A stretch of DNA of 64,000 nucleotides. Source: Candidatus Binataceae bacterium. Its GTDB lineage: Bacteria; Desulfobacterota; Binatia; Binatales; Binataceae. The stretch's first letter is position 1. The number at the start of each line of letters is the position of its first letter. The stretch is taken from the NCBI GenBank assembly GCA_030038355.1, contig JASHPB010000071.1, positions 6,550 to 70,549 of the forward strand, written 5' to 3'. Position numbers and translations under genes: made by a program. A model generated the notes under the pieces. The model was not told the DNA's origin and searched no databases. It saw nothing but the letters and a program-made list of their open reading frames with translations. Shown one piece after another: positions 21,013-30,517 of the stretch.

Positions 21013-23298
21013 ATGGCGAGAGCGCCACATGGAAATCTGACCAAAACGGCGACGCCCTGGATTGCTTACGGCGCGATGCTGCTCGCCGTGATCGGCGCCT
21101 ACGAGTGGCTCAGGAGCTTCGGAGAGCGCCTGATAGCGCCTGCGCCGCGCTCCGCGGAAGTGTTCGGCGGCGCCTTGGTGCACGGCCAGATCAACGAGCT
21201 GCTGCACGTGCTGCTCGCCCTCGTGTTGGTGATCGCGACGGCGCGTGCGCTCGGCACCTTGTTCAAGCTGATTCATCAACCGCCGGTGGTCGGCGAAATA
21301 ATCGCCGGAATCCTGCTCGGCCCATCGTTGTTTGGCCGCGTCGCCCCGAGCGTGTCTGCCTACTTGCTGCCGCAGGGAATCGGCCCCTTTCTTAACATCC
21401 TCGCGCAGATCGGCGTCGTTCTTTACATGTTCCTCGTCGGCTTGGAGCTCGACCCCTCGCTGATGCGCAAGCGTGGTCACTCGACGATCGCGATCTCGCA
21501 CGCGAGCATAGTCGCGCCCTTCCTGCTCGGCGGAATCCTCGCCCTCTTTCTTTATCCACGGCTCTCATCGAGCGACGTTCCTTTCACCGTATTCGCCCTG
21601 TTTCTCGGCGTCTCGATGTCGGTGACGGCCTTTCCGGTGCTCGCGCGGATACTCACCGATCGCAATATTCATCGGAGCCGCATGGGCGCTATCGCGCTTA
21701 CCTGTGCGGCGGTTGACGACGTCACTGCGTGGTGCCTGCTGGCGTTCGTGGTCGGAGTAGCCGAGTCACGCACCACGGGCGCGCTGACCACGGTGGTGCT
21801 CGCGCTCAGCTATATCGCGATCATGGCATTCGTCGTGCGGCCCGCGATGATGCGGATGTCGCTGGTTTACGGCAATCGCGGGCGGCTCACGCAGGGCGTG
21901 ATGGCGACGATTTTCGTCACCCTTCTTCTGTCGTCGTTTGCGACCGAGTTTATCGGAATCCACGCCGTGTTCGGCGCGTTCGCCCTGGGAGCGATCATCC
22001 CGCACGACAGCGGCCTCGCCCGCGATCTCACCGATCGGCTCGAAGACGTCGTGATCGTTCTCCTGCTGCCCGCGTTCTTCGCCTTCACCGGACTGCGCAC
22101 GCAGATTGGGCTAGTGAGCGGCTACGAGGCGTGGATGATCTGCGCGCTGATCACTCTGGTCGCGTCGTTCGGCAAATTCGGCGGAAGCCTCGTCGCGGCG
22201 CGGCTCACGGGCCTCGGATGGCGCGATTCGTCGGCGCTTGGCGTGCTGATGAACACGCGCGGCCTGATGGAACTGATCGTGCTGAATATCGGACTCGAGC
22301 TGCGCGTGATTTCGCCCGAGCTGTTCGCGATGCTCGTGCTGATGGCGCTGGTCACGACCTTTGCGACCACGCCCATCCTGCATCTGATCGTGCGCGGCGC
22401 ACGCGCGGACGAGGAGCCCGCCTTCCAGCAAGCTGCGCGGCCCACGCTGGTCGGCGCGGAGCGGCGCGCAGTGCTCGTCCCCGTATCGAATCCCGAGGGC
22501 GTGCCGGACCTGGTCGAGCTAGCGCTCGCCGCGACGCCGCACGATGCGCCCCCGCCGCGGGTGCTGGCTCTCGTGCGGATTCCGGTCGGCGGAGTGCGGA
22601 CGGGACTGCGCGAGGCCGAGCAGCGTGTGCCGCCGCGCTCGCCCGCTCTTTCCGCCGCGCTTGACTTGGTGTGGGCGAAAGGCGCGGTGATTACACCGCA
22701 GGCGGTTTGGAGTCATGACCCAGCCGCCGACATTATAAGCGCAGCATCCGAACCGACGATTAGCTGGGTGCTGCTCGGATCACATCGATCGGCGTTCGGT
22801 TCCGACTTCAAGGGTGGCGTGGTGCGCGAGGTTCTCGATCGCGCGCTGAAGCTGCCAGTTAATGTTGCGATCGTCGTGCACGGCTCGGACCGTCCGTACG
22901 AGAGTGTGTTCGCCGTAGTCGACAACAGTCCGAGCGGGCGCGCGGTGCTCGAGCTCGCGACGCGCGTGGCGGACCGGCGCCGGTGCAGTCTTCAGGTGCT
23001 GCTCGCGCCGAGCCGCGGCAGCGAAGCCGAGCCGGCCTTGCTCGAGATGATCCGCGAAGCGGCGCGCGGAGTCGCGCGCAAGCTGCAGGTCGAGGTCCTG
23101 AGCGAGATCAGCCCTGAGGAAATCGTCCGTCAAGCGCCCGCGGGCCTGGTAATCGTCGGCGCGCGGCTCGCGGATCGAATCGATCTCGCGCCAGAGTCGA
23201 TCATCGACGATCTACGCACGCTGGTCGTCGTTCAAGGCCGGCAGGTCGAAGCGATTGAGGCCGCAGCTCCGGTGCCCGAGCGTCTAGCCCATTCGTAG
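21013..23298 (+). CDS. CPA2 cation:proton antiporter with C-terminal USP-like domains
   Basis: QPPVVGEIIAGILLGPS, TAFPVLARIL, AAVDD and MNTRGLMELIVL; C-terminal VLVPVSNP. Confidence 0.92.
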   Translation: MARAPHGNLTKTATPWIAYGAMLLAVIGAYEWLRSFGERLIAPAPRSAEVFGGALVHGQINELLHVLLALVLVIATARALGTLFKLIHQPPVVGEIIAGILLGPSLFGRVAPSVSAYLLPQGIGPFLNILAQIGVVLYMFLVGLELDPSLMRKRGHSTIAISHASIVAPFLLGGILALFLYPRLSSSDVPFTVFALFLGVSMSVTAFPVLARILTDRNIHRSRMGAIALTCAAVDDVTAWCLLAFVVGVAESRTTGALTTVVLALSYIAIMAFVVRPAMMRMSLVYGNRGRLTQGVMATIFVTLLLSSFATEFIGIHAVFGAFALGAIIPHDSGLARDLTDRLEDVVIVLLLPAFFAFTGLRTQIGLVSGYEAWMICALITLVASFGKFGGSLVAARLTGLGWRDSSALGVLMNTRGLMELIVLNIGLELRVISPELFAMLVLMALVTTFATTPILHLIVRGARADEEPAFQQAARPTLVGAERRAVLVPVSNPEGVPDLVELALAATPHDAPPPRVLALVRIPVGGVRTGLREAEQRVPPRSPALSAALDLVWAKGAVITPQAVWSHDPAADIISAASEPTISWVLLGSHRSAFGSDFKGGVVREVLDRALKLPVNVAIVVHGSDRPYESVFAVVDNSPSGRAVLELATRVADRRRCSLQVLLAPSRGSEAEPALLEMIREAARGVARKLQVEVLSEISPEEIVRQAPAGLVIVGARLADRIDLAPESIIDDLRTLVVVQGRQVEAIEAAAPVPERLAHS

Positions 23299-23312
23299 GT
23301 CGGCGCGCCGTG

Positions 23313-24005
23313 CTACTCGCTCCAAATCAGATCATAGACAAATCCACTCACACCACCGCCAAGTATCGGCGCAATCCAGAAAAGCCATAGCTGGGCGAGC
23401 GCCCATCCGCCGACGTACAGCGCAGGACCCGTGCTGCGCGCGGGGTTAACCGAGGTGTTGTCGATCGGGATGCAGATCAGGTGAATGAGGGTCAGCACGA
23501 GGCCGATCGGAATCGGCGCGAAGCCGATCGCGACGCGCTTGTCGGTCGAGCCGAGAATCACGAGGATGAACATGAACGTGAGCACGAACTCCGCGATGAA
23601 CGCCGACGCCAGCGAATATCCGCCCGGCGAGTGCGCGCCGAAGCCGTTGGCGGCGAAGCCGTGGCTGAGATCGAAGCCCGGGCCGCCGCTCGCGATAAGG
23701 TAGAGAATGGTTGAGGCAATTATCGCTCCGATGACCTGCGCGACGATGTAGGGAACTACTTCGGATCCGGGGAAACGTTTTCCGGTCCATAGCCCGATCG
23801 TCACGGCGGGATTGATGTGGCAGCCGGAAATATTGCCGATCGCAAACGCCATCGTGAGCAGCGTGAGACCGAAGGCGAAGGCGACCCCGAGAAAGCCGAT
23901 GCCGAGCTTCGGAAATCCGGCCGAGATAACTGCAGCTCCGCATCCTCCGAAGACCAGCCAGAACGTGCCGAACAACTCCGCAGTTGCGCGCTTTGCAAGG
24001 CTCAT
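23313..24005 (-). CDS. aqpZ: Aquaporin Z
   Basis: [35 protein letters not shown] and [13 protein letters not shown]. Confidence 0.96.
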   Translation of the reverse strand: MSLAKRATAELFGTFWLVFGGCGAAVISAGFPKLGIGFLGVAFAFGLTLLTMAFAIGNISGCHINPAVTIGLWTGKRFPGSEVVPYIVAQVIGAIIASTILYLIASGGPGFDLSHGFAANGFGAHSPGGYSLASAFIAEFVLTFMFILVILGSTDKRVAIGFAPIPIGLVLTLIHLICIPIDNTSVNPARSTGPALYVGGWALAQLWLFWIAPILGGGVSGFVYDLIWSE

Positions 24006-24097
24006 AACTGTCCTCCCGTCGGGGTTAAGCCGCGCGACGGTCGACCAATCCGCCTCGCGGACAGCCGCAGATTCGAACTCAGCTGAGTGCCTTTACA

Positions 24098-24703
24098 TCA
24101 GGCACCGGGTTTCTTCACAGCCTCCACATCGATCGAAATCTTCACCTCGTCGCCGACCAGCACGCCCCCTGACTCCATCGTCTTGTTCCAGGTAAGCCCG
24201 AAGTCCTTGCGGCTGATCGTCGTAGTCGCGGAAGCGCCGGCGCGCATGTTGCCCATCGGGTCTTTAACCGGCGGCGTCGGCCCGTCTATCTCGAGCACGA
24301 CTTCTTTCGTTACGCCATGCAGCGTAAGCTCGCCGGTCACTTTCCATTTGCCGGGTCCATCAGCTTCGACCTTCTTCGACTTGAAAGTGATCGTCGGATA
24401 CTTGGCGACGTCGAGGAAATCGGCACTCTTAAGGTGAGCATCACGTTTGGCGACCCGCGTGTCGACCGAAGCCGCATCGATCGTCGCGTCAATGACAGCT
24501 GAGGTCGGGTTGTTACCGTCAGTCGTGACCGTGCCGGAAGTTTTCTCGAACTGCCCCTTGACGTTCGAGATCATCATGTGGCGCACGGTGAATTCGACGC
24601 TGGTGTGCGCGGGATCGATTTGCCAGGTGTCGGCGCGAGCGGCGAGCGGCGCGGTCGCGAGCAGCAGCATTATCAGTGCGAGGCGGGCAATCCAGGTCTT
24701 CAT
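24098..24703 (-). CDS. YceI family lipid/polyisoprenoid-binding protein
   Basis: Signal peptide, WQIDPAHT, RDAHLKSADFLD, LTLHGVTK, RKDFG. Confidence 0.93.
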   Translation of the reverse strand: MKTWIARLALIMLLLATAPLAARADTWQIDPAHTSVEFTVRHMMISNVKGQFEKTSGTVTTDGNNPTSAVIDATIDAASVDTRVAKRDAHLKSADFLDVAKYPTITFKSKKVEADGPGKWKVTGELTLHGVTKEVVLEIDGPTPPVKDPMGNMRAGASATTTISRKDFGLTWNKTMESGGVLVGDEVKISIDVEAVKKPGA

Positions 24704-24814
24704 GCAATCTCCTTCCGAGTGAGGCCGTTGAACAATCGAAATCGTCTGATTGCCAAGCCTGCCCGATCGCGCAGGCTCGACACAACATCTCAAATCGACT
24801 TCTGCGTGATGAGT

Positions 24815-25198
24815 TCAGCGGCCATGCGCACCGAGCCATCGACGACGATCGGCGATGATCGGGCGGCGGCTCTTCAGCAGCGCGTACGCGTCGTCTAGCG
24901 ACATGCCGCGCCGCGTCTTCAGGAACCACGCGATCACGAGAGGCGCCCGTTCGCATCCCTCTTCGCAATGGACGAGCACGCGGCGCCCGAGGTTTAACGT
25001 GTGGTCGATTAGCGCGGCGGTGCTATCGAGGGTCGCGATGCCGTTCAGGAGAATCGGCATGTGGATCGCATCGGGCGGCTCGCCCTCTGGAACGTCCGGC
25101 AGCACGCTGATAATCGCACCTTCGAAGCGCTGCGCATCCTGTAAATCGCCGACAAACAGGCCGGGGATGATTTCGCTCTCGCGCCAGCTCTCAGCCAA
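24815..25198 (-). CDS. Dual-specificity protein phosphatase family protein
   Basis: EIIPGLFVG and VLVHCEEGCER (CX5R). Confidence 0.85.
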   Translation of the reverse strand: MAESWRESEIIPGLFVGDLQDAQRFEGAIISVLPDVPEGEPPDAIHMPILLNGIATLDSTAALIDHTLNLGRRVLVHCEEGCERAPLVIAWFLKTRRGMSLDDAYALLKSRRPIIADRRRWLGAHGR

Positions 25199-25249
25199 AC
25201 CTGGAACTCCGATTTCGATAACGCGCCGTCGCGGCGAGCACGCGGTCGG

Positions 25250-25405
25250 TCAGCTGGTCCGGTTCGACGGGAACAGGTCGTCGATCCATTCTTCGGCGTC
25301 CGCCTCGCGCGCGAAATCCGCCTCCTGCTTCTTGCCTTTCCAGAAGACCTCGAAGCGGCCGGTCTCGGGGTTCAACTTGATCTCGTAGCCCTGGTATTCG
25401 CTCAT
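25250..25405 (-). CDS. 51-aa small protein (absent from the ORF track)
   Basis: MSEYQGYEIKLNPETGRFEVFWKGKKQEADFAREADAEEWIDDLFPSNRTS; GGAGG RBS; strong GC3 codon bias. Confidence 0.75.
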   Translation of the reverse strand: MSEYQGYEIKLNPETGRFEVFWKGKKQEADFAREADAEEWIDDLFPSNRTS

Positions 25406-25510
25406 GGCATCTTACCCTCCACGGCTTTGCGAAGCGCGCGCGGAGCGCGCGAATAGTCATAGGCCGCGGCGCGGAATGAGGGAAGTATCTCGTGACGCTC
25501 ACAGGCGCGC

Positions 25511-25840
25511 TCAGGCGGTCGGCGTCTCGCTCAGCGCACGGCGAAACGCTCGACACTCGCCCTCGACCTCGGCTGCAATCGCGCAAGCGTCGGCGAGTCG
25601 CGCCGGCGGCGCCTGGAGCTGCCCGCATTGTTCGCCGAGCCATTGCGCGCCGAACCGCTTGGCGCTCGCCGCCGAGCGAATGCGCGGCGCGTGCAACGAG
25701 CCCGAGCTCACGGTGCGCGAGCGACTCATGATGACGGCGAGCCGCTGGTCGATTTCGCCGCGGAATATCGTGAGCATTTGGAGCGTCGGCAATGGCGCGC
25801 GTAGCGGGGGCAGACGGCGATCCCGTCAAACCCGTAGATA
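25511..25840 (-). pseudogene. Hpt (histidine phosphotransfer) domain remnant
   Basis: QMLTIFRGEIDQRLAVI, ELGLVARAAHSLGG and SAKRFGAQWLGEQCGQLQ in alternating frames. Confidence 0.6.
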
Positions 25841-25981
25841 CCCGCACACTCCGCGGCGTGATCGCCGGCTACATCGCAGAACGAGGACGCACTTGATCGG
25901 CAGTGGCTAGGCCGCAAAAAACTGCGGGCGAGGTGCGCACGAGATTGTTGAACGGGCGTCCTGCCGAAGCATCAACAAGAA

Positions 25982-26452
25982 TCAGTGCGCAGGCGCCGGC
26001 TTGAGCTCCGCCGCCCACTGCGTGATGAGCCGCTTCTGGTCGTCCGTCAGCTTCGCCGAGTGATGAAAACGCAGGTAGTCGGCTGGCGGCATCGAGCCGT
26101 CGTTCACCGATTTGGCGATTTCCGCGGCGAGCGCGCTCTGGTGCGCCGAGTCATAGCGGAACCATTCGGACATATCGAGCGCACGGCGCGCTTTTACCTC
26201 GCCGAACAGGAACGAGGGCGCCAACCTTGCCTCGACCGAGCCGCTGCCCTTGTTCGCATGGCAATCGAAACAGGAGTTCACGAAAATCGGACCGACCTGC
26301 GGTTGCGCTTCGATCGAATCGGGCGGCGGCTGAGGCGGCGGAGGCATCACCAATCCGTAATTCTGCTGATTGCGGGGTGGCGCTCCGAGCATGCGCGAGC
26401 ATCCCGGTAGAGTGACGATGCCCACGATCGACGCGGCTATTCCGATCCGCAT
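25982..26452 (-). CDS. Heme-binding (Haem_bd-type) cytochrome c lipoprotein
   Basis: LPGC lipobox, SCFDCH, GSMPPADY; the ORF-track extension upstream is antisense to the next gene. Confidence 0.82.
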   Translation of the reverse strand: MRIGIAASIVGIVTLPGCSRMLGAPPRNQQNYGLVMPPPPQPPPDSIEAQPQVGPIFVNSCFDCHANKGSGSVEARLAPSFLFGEVKARRALDMSEWFRYDSAHQSALAAEIAKSVNDGSMPPADYLRFHHSAKLTDDQKRLITQWAAELKPAPAH

Positions 26453-26560
26453 CAAAATGCGATCTATTCTGACTATCACTTTGATGGATTCGACCCGACC
26501 TCGGGTTTTCTGGCAGATGAAGACAAGACGCGATATTCCAGCTCGCAAGAGGATACCAAT

Positions 26561-27487
26561 ATGAAGCTCGTCACGTACACATTCAGAGGTTCGACCCGGC
26601 TCGGCGCGATGCGCTCCGATGCGGAAGTGATCGATCTGGCACGCGCCGGCGAGCTGGCCGGCGTCCGGATTCCCGACGACATGATGAAGCTGCTCGCCGA
26701 AGGTGAACCCGGCATGCAGGCGGCGTGGCGCGCATTCAACGCCGCCGACGACTTCGCCAAAAGCCATCGCGACCAGGTAATCGCCCTCGGCCTGCTCTTC
26801 GGCGTAAGCGAACCTGGCTTCCGTCTCGAAGCGCCCGTGATGCGGCCCGGCAAGGTACTCGCGATCGGACTCAACTATCGCGATCACGCGACCGAAGCCG
26901 GCATGGAGATACCCAAGCGTCCAGTCGTCTTCACCAAGGTGCCAACCTGCATTACCGGTCCCGGGATGCCGATTCATCGCCCGCGCGTCAGCACCTCGGT
27001 CGATTGGGAAGCCGAGCTATGCGCCGTGATCGGCAGGCGGGCGCGCCACGTCAAAGCCGCCGATGCGCTCAACTTCGTCGCCGGTCTCAGCAACGGCAAC
27101 GACGTATCGGTTCGCGATTGGCAGTTCCACTCCGGCACCTGGATGATGGGCAAGGGTTTCGACACCCACGGCCCCCTCGGGCCGTGGCTCGTCACGCTCG
27201 ACGAAGTCGGAGATGCGGCGAATCTTGAAATCAAGACGCTGGTCAACGGTGTGCTCAAGCAAAAGTCGAATACCGGCCAGCTCATCTTCAACATTCCCGC
27301 GATTATCGAATATGTGACCGCGGCGTTTACGCTCGAACCGGGCGACGTGATCTTCACCGGCACTCCCGCTGGCGTGGGCGCATCGCGCAAGCCCCAGGAA
27401 TGGCTAAAGGCGGGCGACGTGGTACGGGTCGAGATCAGCAGGCTGGGCGTGCTCGAAAATCCGGTGATCGACGAGCCCGAGGCGTAG
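26561..27487 (+). CDS. Fumarylacetoacetate hydrolase family protein
   Basis: IGLNYRDH, VDWEAEL, NDVSVRD, GKGFDT and TGTPAGVG. Confidence 0.95.
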   Translation: MKLVTYTFRGSTRLGAMRSDAEVIDLARAGELAGVRIPDDMMKLLAEGEPGMQAAWRAFNAADDFAKSHRDQVIALGLLFGVSEPGFRLEAPVMRPGKVLAIGLNYRDHATEAGMEIPKRPVVFTKVPTCITGPGMPIHRPRVSTSVDWEAELCAVIGRRARHVKAADALNFVAGLSNGNDVSVRDWQFHSGTWMMGKGFDTHGPLGPWLVTLDEVGDAANLEIKTLVNGVLKQKSNTGQLIFNIPAIIEYVTAAFTLEPGDVIFTGTPAGVGASRKPQEWLKAGDVVRVEISRLGVLENPVIDEPEA

Positions 27488-27616
27488 GGCCGCACGCGAC
27501 CAGAGTGTTCTTGGGCTGTCGCTTCGCGATTTGACGGAACATCATGCAAACGGCTAGACCGATCAGAGGAATATCGGCGTCCGCTCCCGCTATCTTGCGC
27601 TCAAGGAGGATCGACA

Positions 27617-28324
27617 ATGCCCAAGCCTAATGCGCTGCATCATCTCGCAATCTCGACCGCCGACATCAAGGCGCAGATTGAATTTTTCACCGACGTCCTC
27701 GGCATGGAGCTGGTCGCGCTCTACTGGATGCACGGCGTGAGGGGCGCATGGCACGGTTTCCTGAAGCTGGGAGATACATGCTCGGTCGCCTTCGTTCAGA
27801 TGGACAAGATCAAAGATATCGAGCCTGCGTGGGGCGTCTCCCATGCCGGCAATCCCGGCCTGCCCTCGGCTGCTGGCACGATGCAGCACGTCGCATTCAA
27901 CGTCGAGACCGAGGCCGAGCTGCTGGCGATGCGCGATCGGATCCGTTCGCGCGGCATCAACGTCTTCGGACCGCTCGACCATGGCTTCTGCAAGTCAATC
28001 TATTTCGCGGGCCTCGAGGGACTCTGCCTCGAGATCGCAACTTCGAGCGAGGCAATCGATGCACGGGCGTGGATCGATCCCGAGGTCGTCAAGCTCGCTG
28101 GAATCTCAGCCGAGGAACTTCGCCGCTTCACCTCACCGGCGTCTTACGAGGGCAAGGGCGGCGCCGTCGCACAGCCGCCGATCGATCCGGCGAAGCCGCA
28201 CATGCGCTACCCCGACCCGGAGCAGTATCGGAAGCTAATGACGACGCCCGACGAGGAGATCACACGCCGGATGAGCGAGCCGACGCCGCCGGTGATAGTG
28301 CCCAAAGCCGACAAGGCGGCGTAG
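27617..28324 (+). CDS. VOC/glyoxalase family protein
   Basis: LHHLAI, MQHVAF and SIYF...LEI motifs. Confidence 0.88.
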   Translation: MPKPNALHHLAISTADIKAQIEFFTDVLGMELVALYWMHGVRGAWHGFLKLGDTCSVAFVQMDKIKDIEPAWGVSHAGNPGLPSAAGTMQHVAFNVETEAELLAMRDRIRSRGINVFGPLDHGFCKSIYFAGLEGLCLEIATSSEAIDARAWIDPEVVKLAGISAEELRRFTSPASYEGKGGAVAQPPIDPAKPHMRYPDPEQYRKLMTTPDEEITRRMSEPTPPVIVPKADKAA

Positions 28325-28456
28325 TCGCTCCATCTTCGCTGCGCTCTAGGCGGTCTGATGGCCACGCCGAGCATCGCGAATGGACCTTTGCTTGAGACCA
28401 CTCTTGCGCCTAGCTTCGCTCGCAACCCTGCCGCTTGAAGGAGCGAGGTACCTCGG

Positions 28457-28837
28457 ATGAGTGACAGGACCATTCCTCCCGAGCAGGTGATGGCATCATT
28501 GTTTCGCGGGCTCGGCCGACGCGAGCAGATGGCGTTGATGTCGAAGCTCGAGATCGCCGGCGGCGCCGTGTATCGCGCGCTCGCCGCCGGCGAATCCAAC
28601 GCGCTCGCGCGCGAGAAACTCCTGAAAGCGGCCGAGGATGAAGAACGGAACGGCGGTCTGCTCAAGCTCATGACAACGCCAAAGGACAAGTGCGAGAGGT
28701 GCGACGCCGCACTCGCCGATTCAGCAGCCGGCCACGCTTGCTCGTTCCAGTGCACGTTCTGCGAGCCGTGCGCCGCCTCGATGAACCACGTATGCCCGAA
28801 CTGCTCCGGCACACTGAGCCCCCGCGCGGCCGCCTAG
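28457..28837 (+). CDS. Ferritin-like helical pair fused to DUF1272 zinc-binding domain
   Basis: LE...YRALA...AEDE then CERC...CSFQCTFC..C...CPNC. Confidence 0.75.
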   Translation: MSDRTIPPEQVMASLFRGLGRREQMALMSKLEIAGGAVYRALAAGESNALAREKLLKAAEDEERNGGLLKLMTTPKDKCERCDAALADSAAGHACSFQCTFCEPCAASMNHVCPNCSGTLSPRAAA

Positions 28838-28847
28838 CTGTCCTGTT

Positions 28848-28987
28848 TGTCATGCTGAACGGAGCAAATCTGCGAGCGGAGTGAAGAATCTCGGCGATCG
28901 CGTCCGGGGCGGCGTCAATCGCGGTGAAGCTAGGGCCGAAGTTGATCGGGGATCCTTCAACTCGCGCGGCGCTCGCTCGGGATGACA
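28848..28987. repeat. REP/MITE-like palindromic repeat (TGTCAT.C.GA.CG...GATGACA family)
   Basis: Imperfect terminal inverted repeats tgtcatgctgaacg / cgctcgggatgaca and inner tgaagaatctc / gggatccttca. Confidence 0.6.
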
Positions 28988-29165
28988 GCGGGCGAGCATT
29001 TCTTGCGAACACCCTTCCCGGCTTTTAAATTGGCCCGTAGGAGTGCCGGCCGGCGTGGCGGCGGGCGGCCCGCCCGCTTTGTCTCGCGCAGTCACTACAC
29101 TCCGCCTATCTGATCAGACCGCCAAATCGTGTAATAAAAATCTCCGTTCAATTGTCGGAGACCAC

Positions 29166-30395
29166 ATGGCAGTCCTCGCGATCTTTGTGTCGCTGTTCTT
29201 CCTCTTCAGCCTCTTCTCGGGGCTGCTGAATCGCACGATCTTCACCGCACCGATCGTCTTCACGATCGCCGGGATGCTGATGTTCCCGGTGATGCCCGCG
29301 ATTCTGAAAGCCGGATTCAACGCGAACGTCATGCTCGGGCTCGCTGAGATCGGCCTCGTATTGCTGCTCTTCACCGATGCGAGCCAGGCCAATCTCACGA
29401 CGCTGCGCGGCATCGGAAGCCTGCCCGCGCGCCTCTTGAGCGTTGGCATGCTGCTCACGATCGCACTCGGCGCCGTCGCGGCGCTGTTGGTTTTTCCGAA
29501 GCTATCGATCTGGGAGGCGGGTATCCTGGGCGCGATCCTCGCTCCCACCGACGCCGGCCTCGGACAAGTGATCGTGAAGAGCCCGCGCGTTCCGGAGCGC
29601 GTGCGCGAGGCGCTCAACCTCGAAGCCGGCCTCAACGACGGCCTTTCGGTCCCGTTTCTCCTGTTCTTCATGGCGATCGCGGCAGCGAAAATCGAAGGCG
29701 GCCCGATGGCATTGTCGCAGTTTATCTACGATCAACTTGGCCTCGGCGCGCTCGTCGGAATTGCGATTGGTCTCAGCGGCGGCTGGCTGATGAACTTTGC
29801 CAGTAAAAGGAAATGGGTCGCCGAATCATTTCAGCAGATCGGGCTGGCGGCGCTGCCGTTGCTCTGCCTGGCATTCAGCGAAGAGCTCGACGCGAGCATG
29901 TTCATCGCGGCCTTCGTCGCGGGGCTTGCAGTGCAGTTCATGCTGAGAGACGAAGCTCGGCACAGCGTCGAGTTCGGCGGTCAGTGGGGCGATGTCGCGA
30001 ACCTCGCCGTTTTCTTTCTGTTCGGGATGATTGTCGTGCGCCATTGGCCGCAGTTCCATTCGAGCTTGTGGTTGTACGCGATTTTGAGCCTCACCGTCGT
30101 GCGGATGGTGCCGGTGGCGATCGCGTTGATCGACGCCGGGATCGATCGCGCCGCAACGGTCTTCATGGGATGGTTTGGCCCGCGCGGCCTCGCGTCTATC
30201 GTTCTCGGTCTGGTTTACTTCAAGCAGGAACTGAACTTGCCGGGCGAGGACACGATCCGGCTCGCGGTGATGGTCACGGTCTTGCTCAGCATCTTTGCGC
30301 ATGGCCTGAGCGCCCGCGCCGGTATCAGCCTTTATGAGAACCGCGTCTCGCCCCTAAAGCCGAATCGCCAAGCAGCCGGGGAGTCGATCAGCTAG
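29166..30395 (+). CDS. CPA1 (NhaP-type) cation:proton antiporter
   Basis: LAPTDAGLG, EAGLNDG and WFGPRGLASI. Confidence 0.92.
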   Translation: MAVLAIFVSLFFLFSLFSGLLNRTIFTAPIVFTIAGMLMFPVMPAILKAGFNANVMLGLAEIGLVLLLFTDASQANLTTLRGIGSLPARLLSVGMLLTIALGAVAALLVFPKLSIWEAGILGAILAPTDAGLGQVIVKSPRVPERVREALNLEAGLNDGLSVPFLLFFMAIAAAKIEGGPMALSQFIYDQLGLGALVGIAIGLSGGWLMNFASKRKWVAESFQQIGLAALPLLCLAFSEELDASMFIAAFVAGLAVQFMLRDEARHSVEFGGQWGDVANLAVFFLFGMIVVRHWPQFHSSLWLYAILSLTVVRMVPVAIALIDAGIDRAATVFMGWFGPRGLASIVLGLVYFKQELNLPGEDTIRLAVMVTVLLSIFAHGLSARAGISLYENRVSPLKPNRQAAGESIS

Positions 30396-30517
30396 GTTAC
30401 CGACATAGGCGACTATTGGTGCGTGCCTGTGGACCGGCAAGCAATTCCGGGCGATAATCCGCGATCGGATGCGAACGCACGCCGCGCGCACGCCGACCAT
30501 TCAAGGAGCATTCATCG

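Noticed and set aside
26453-26977. N-terminal half of the 331-aa ORF 25982..26977
   Set aside because: Antisense shadow of the FAH gene; the real protein starts near 26452 with a lipoprotein signal
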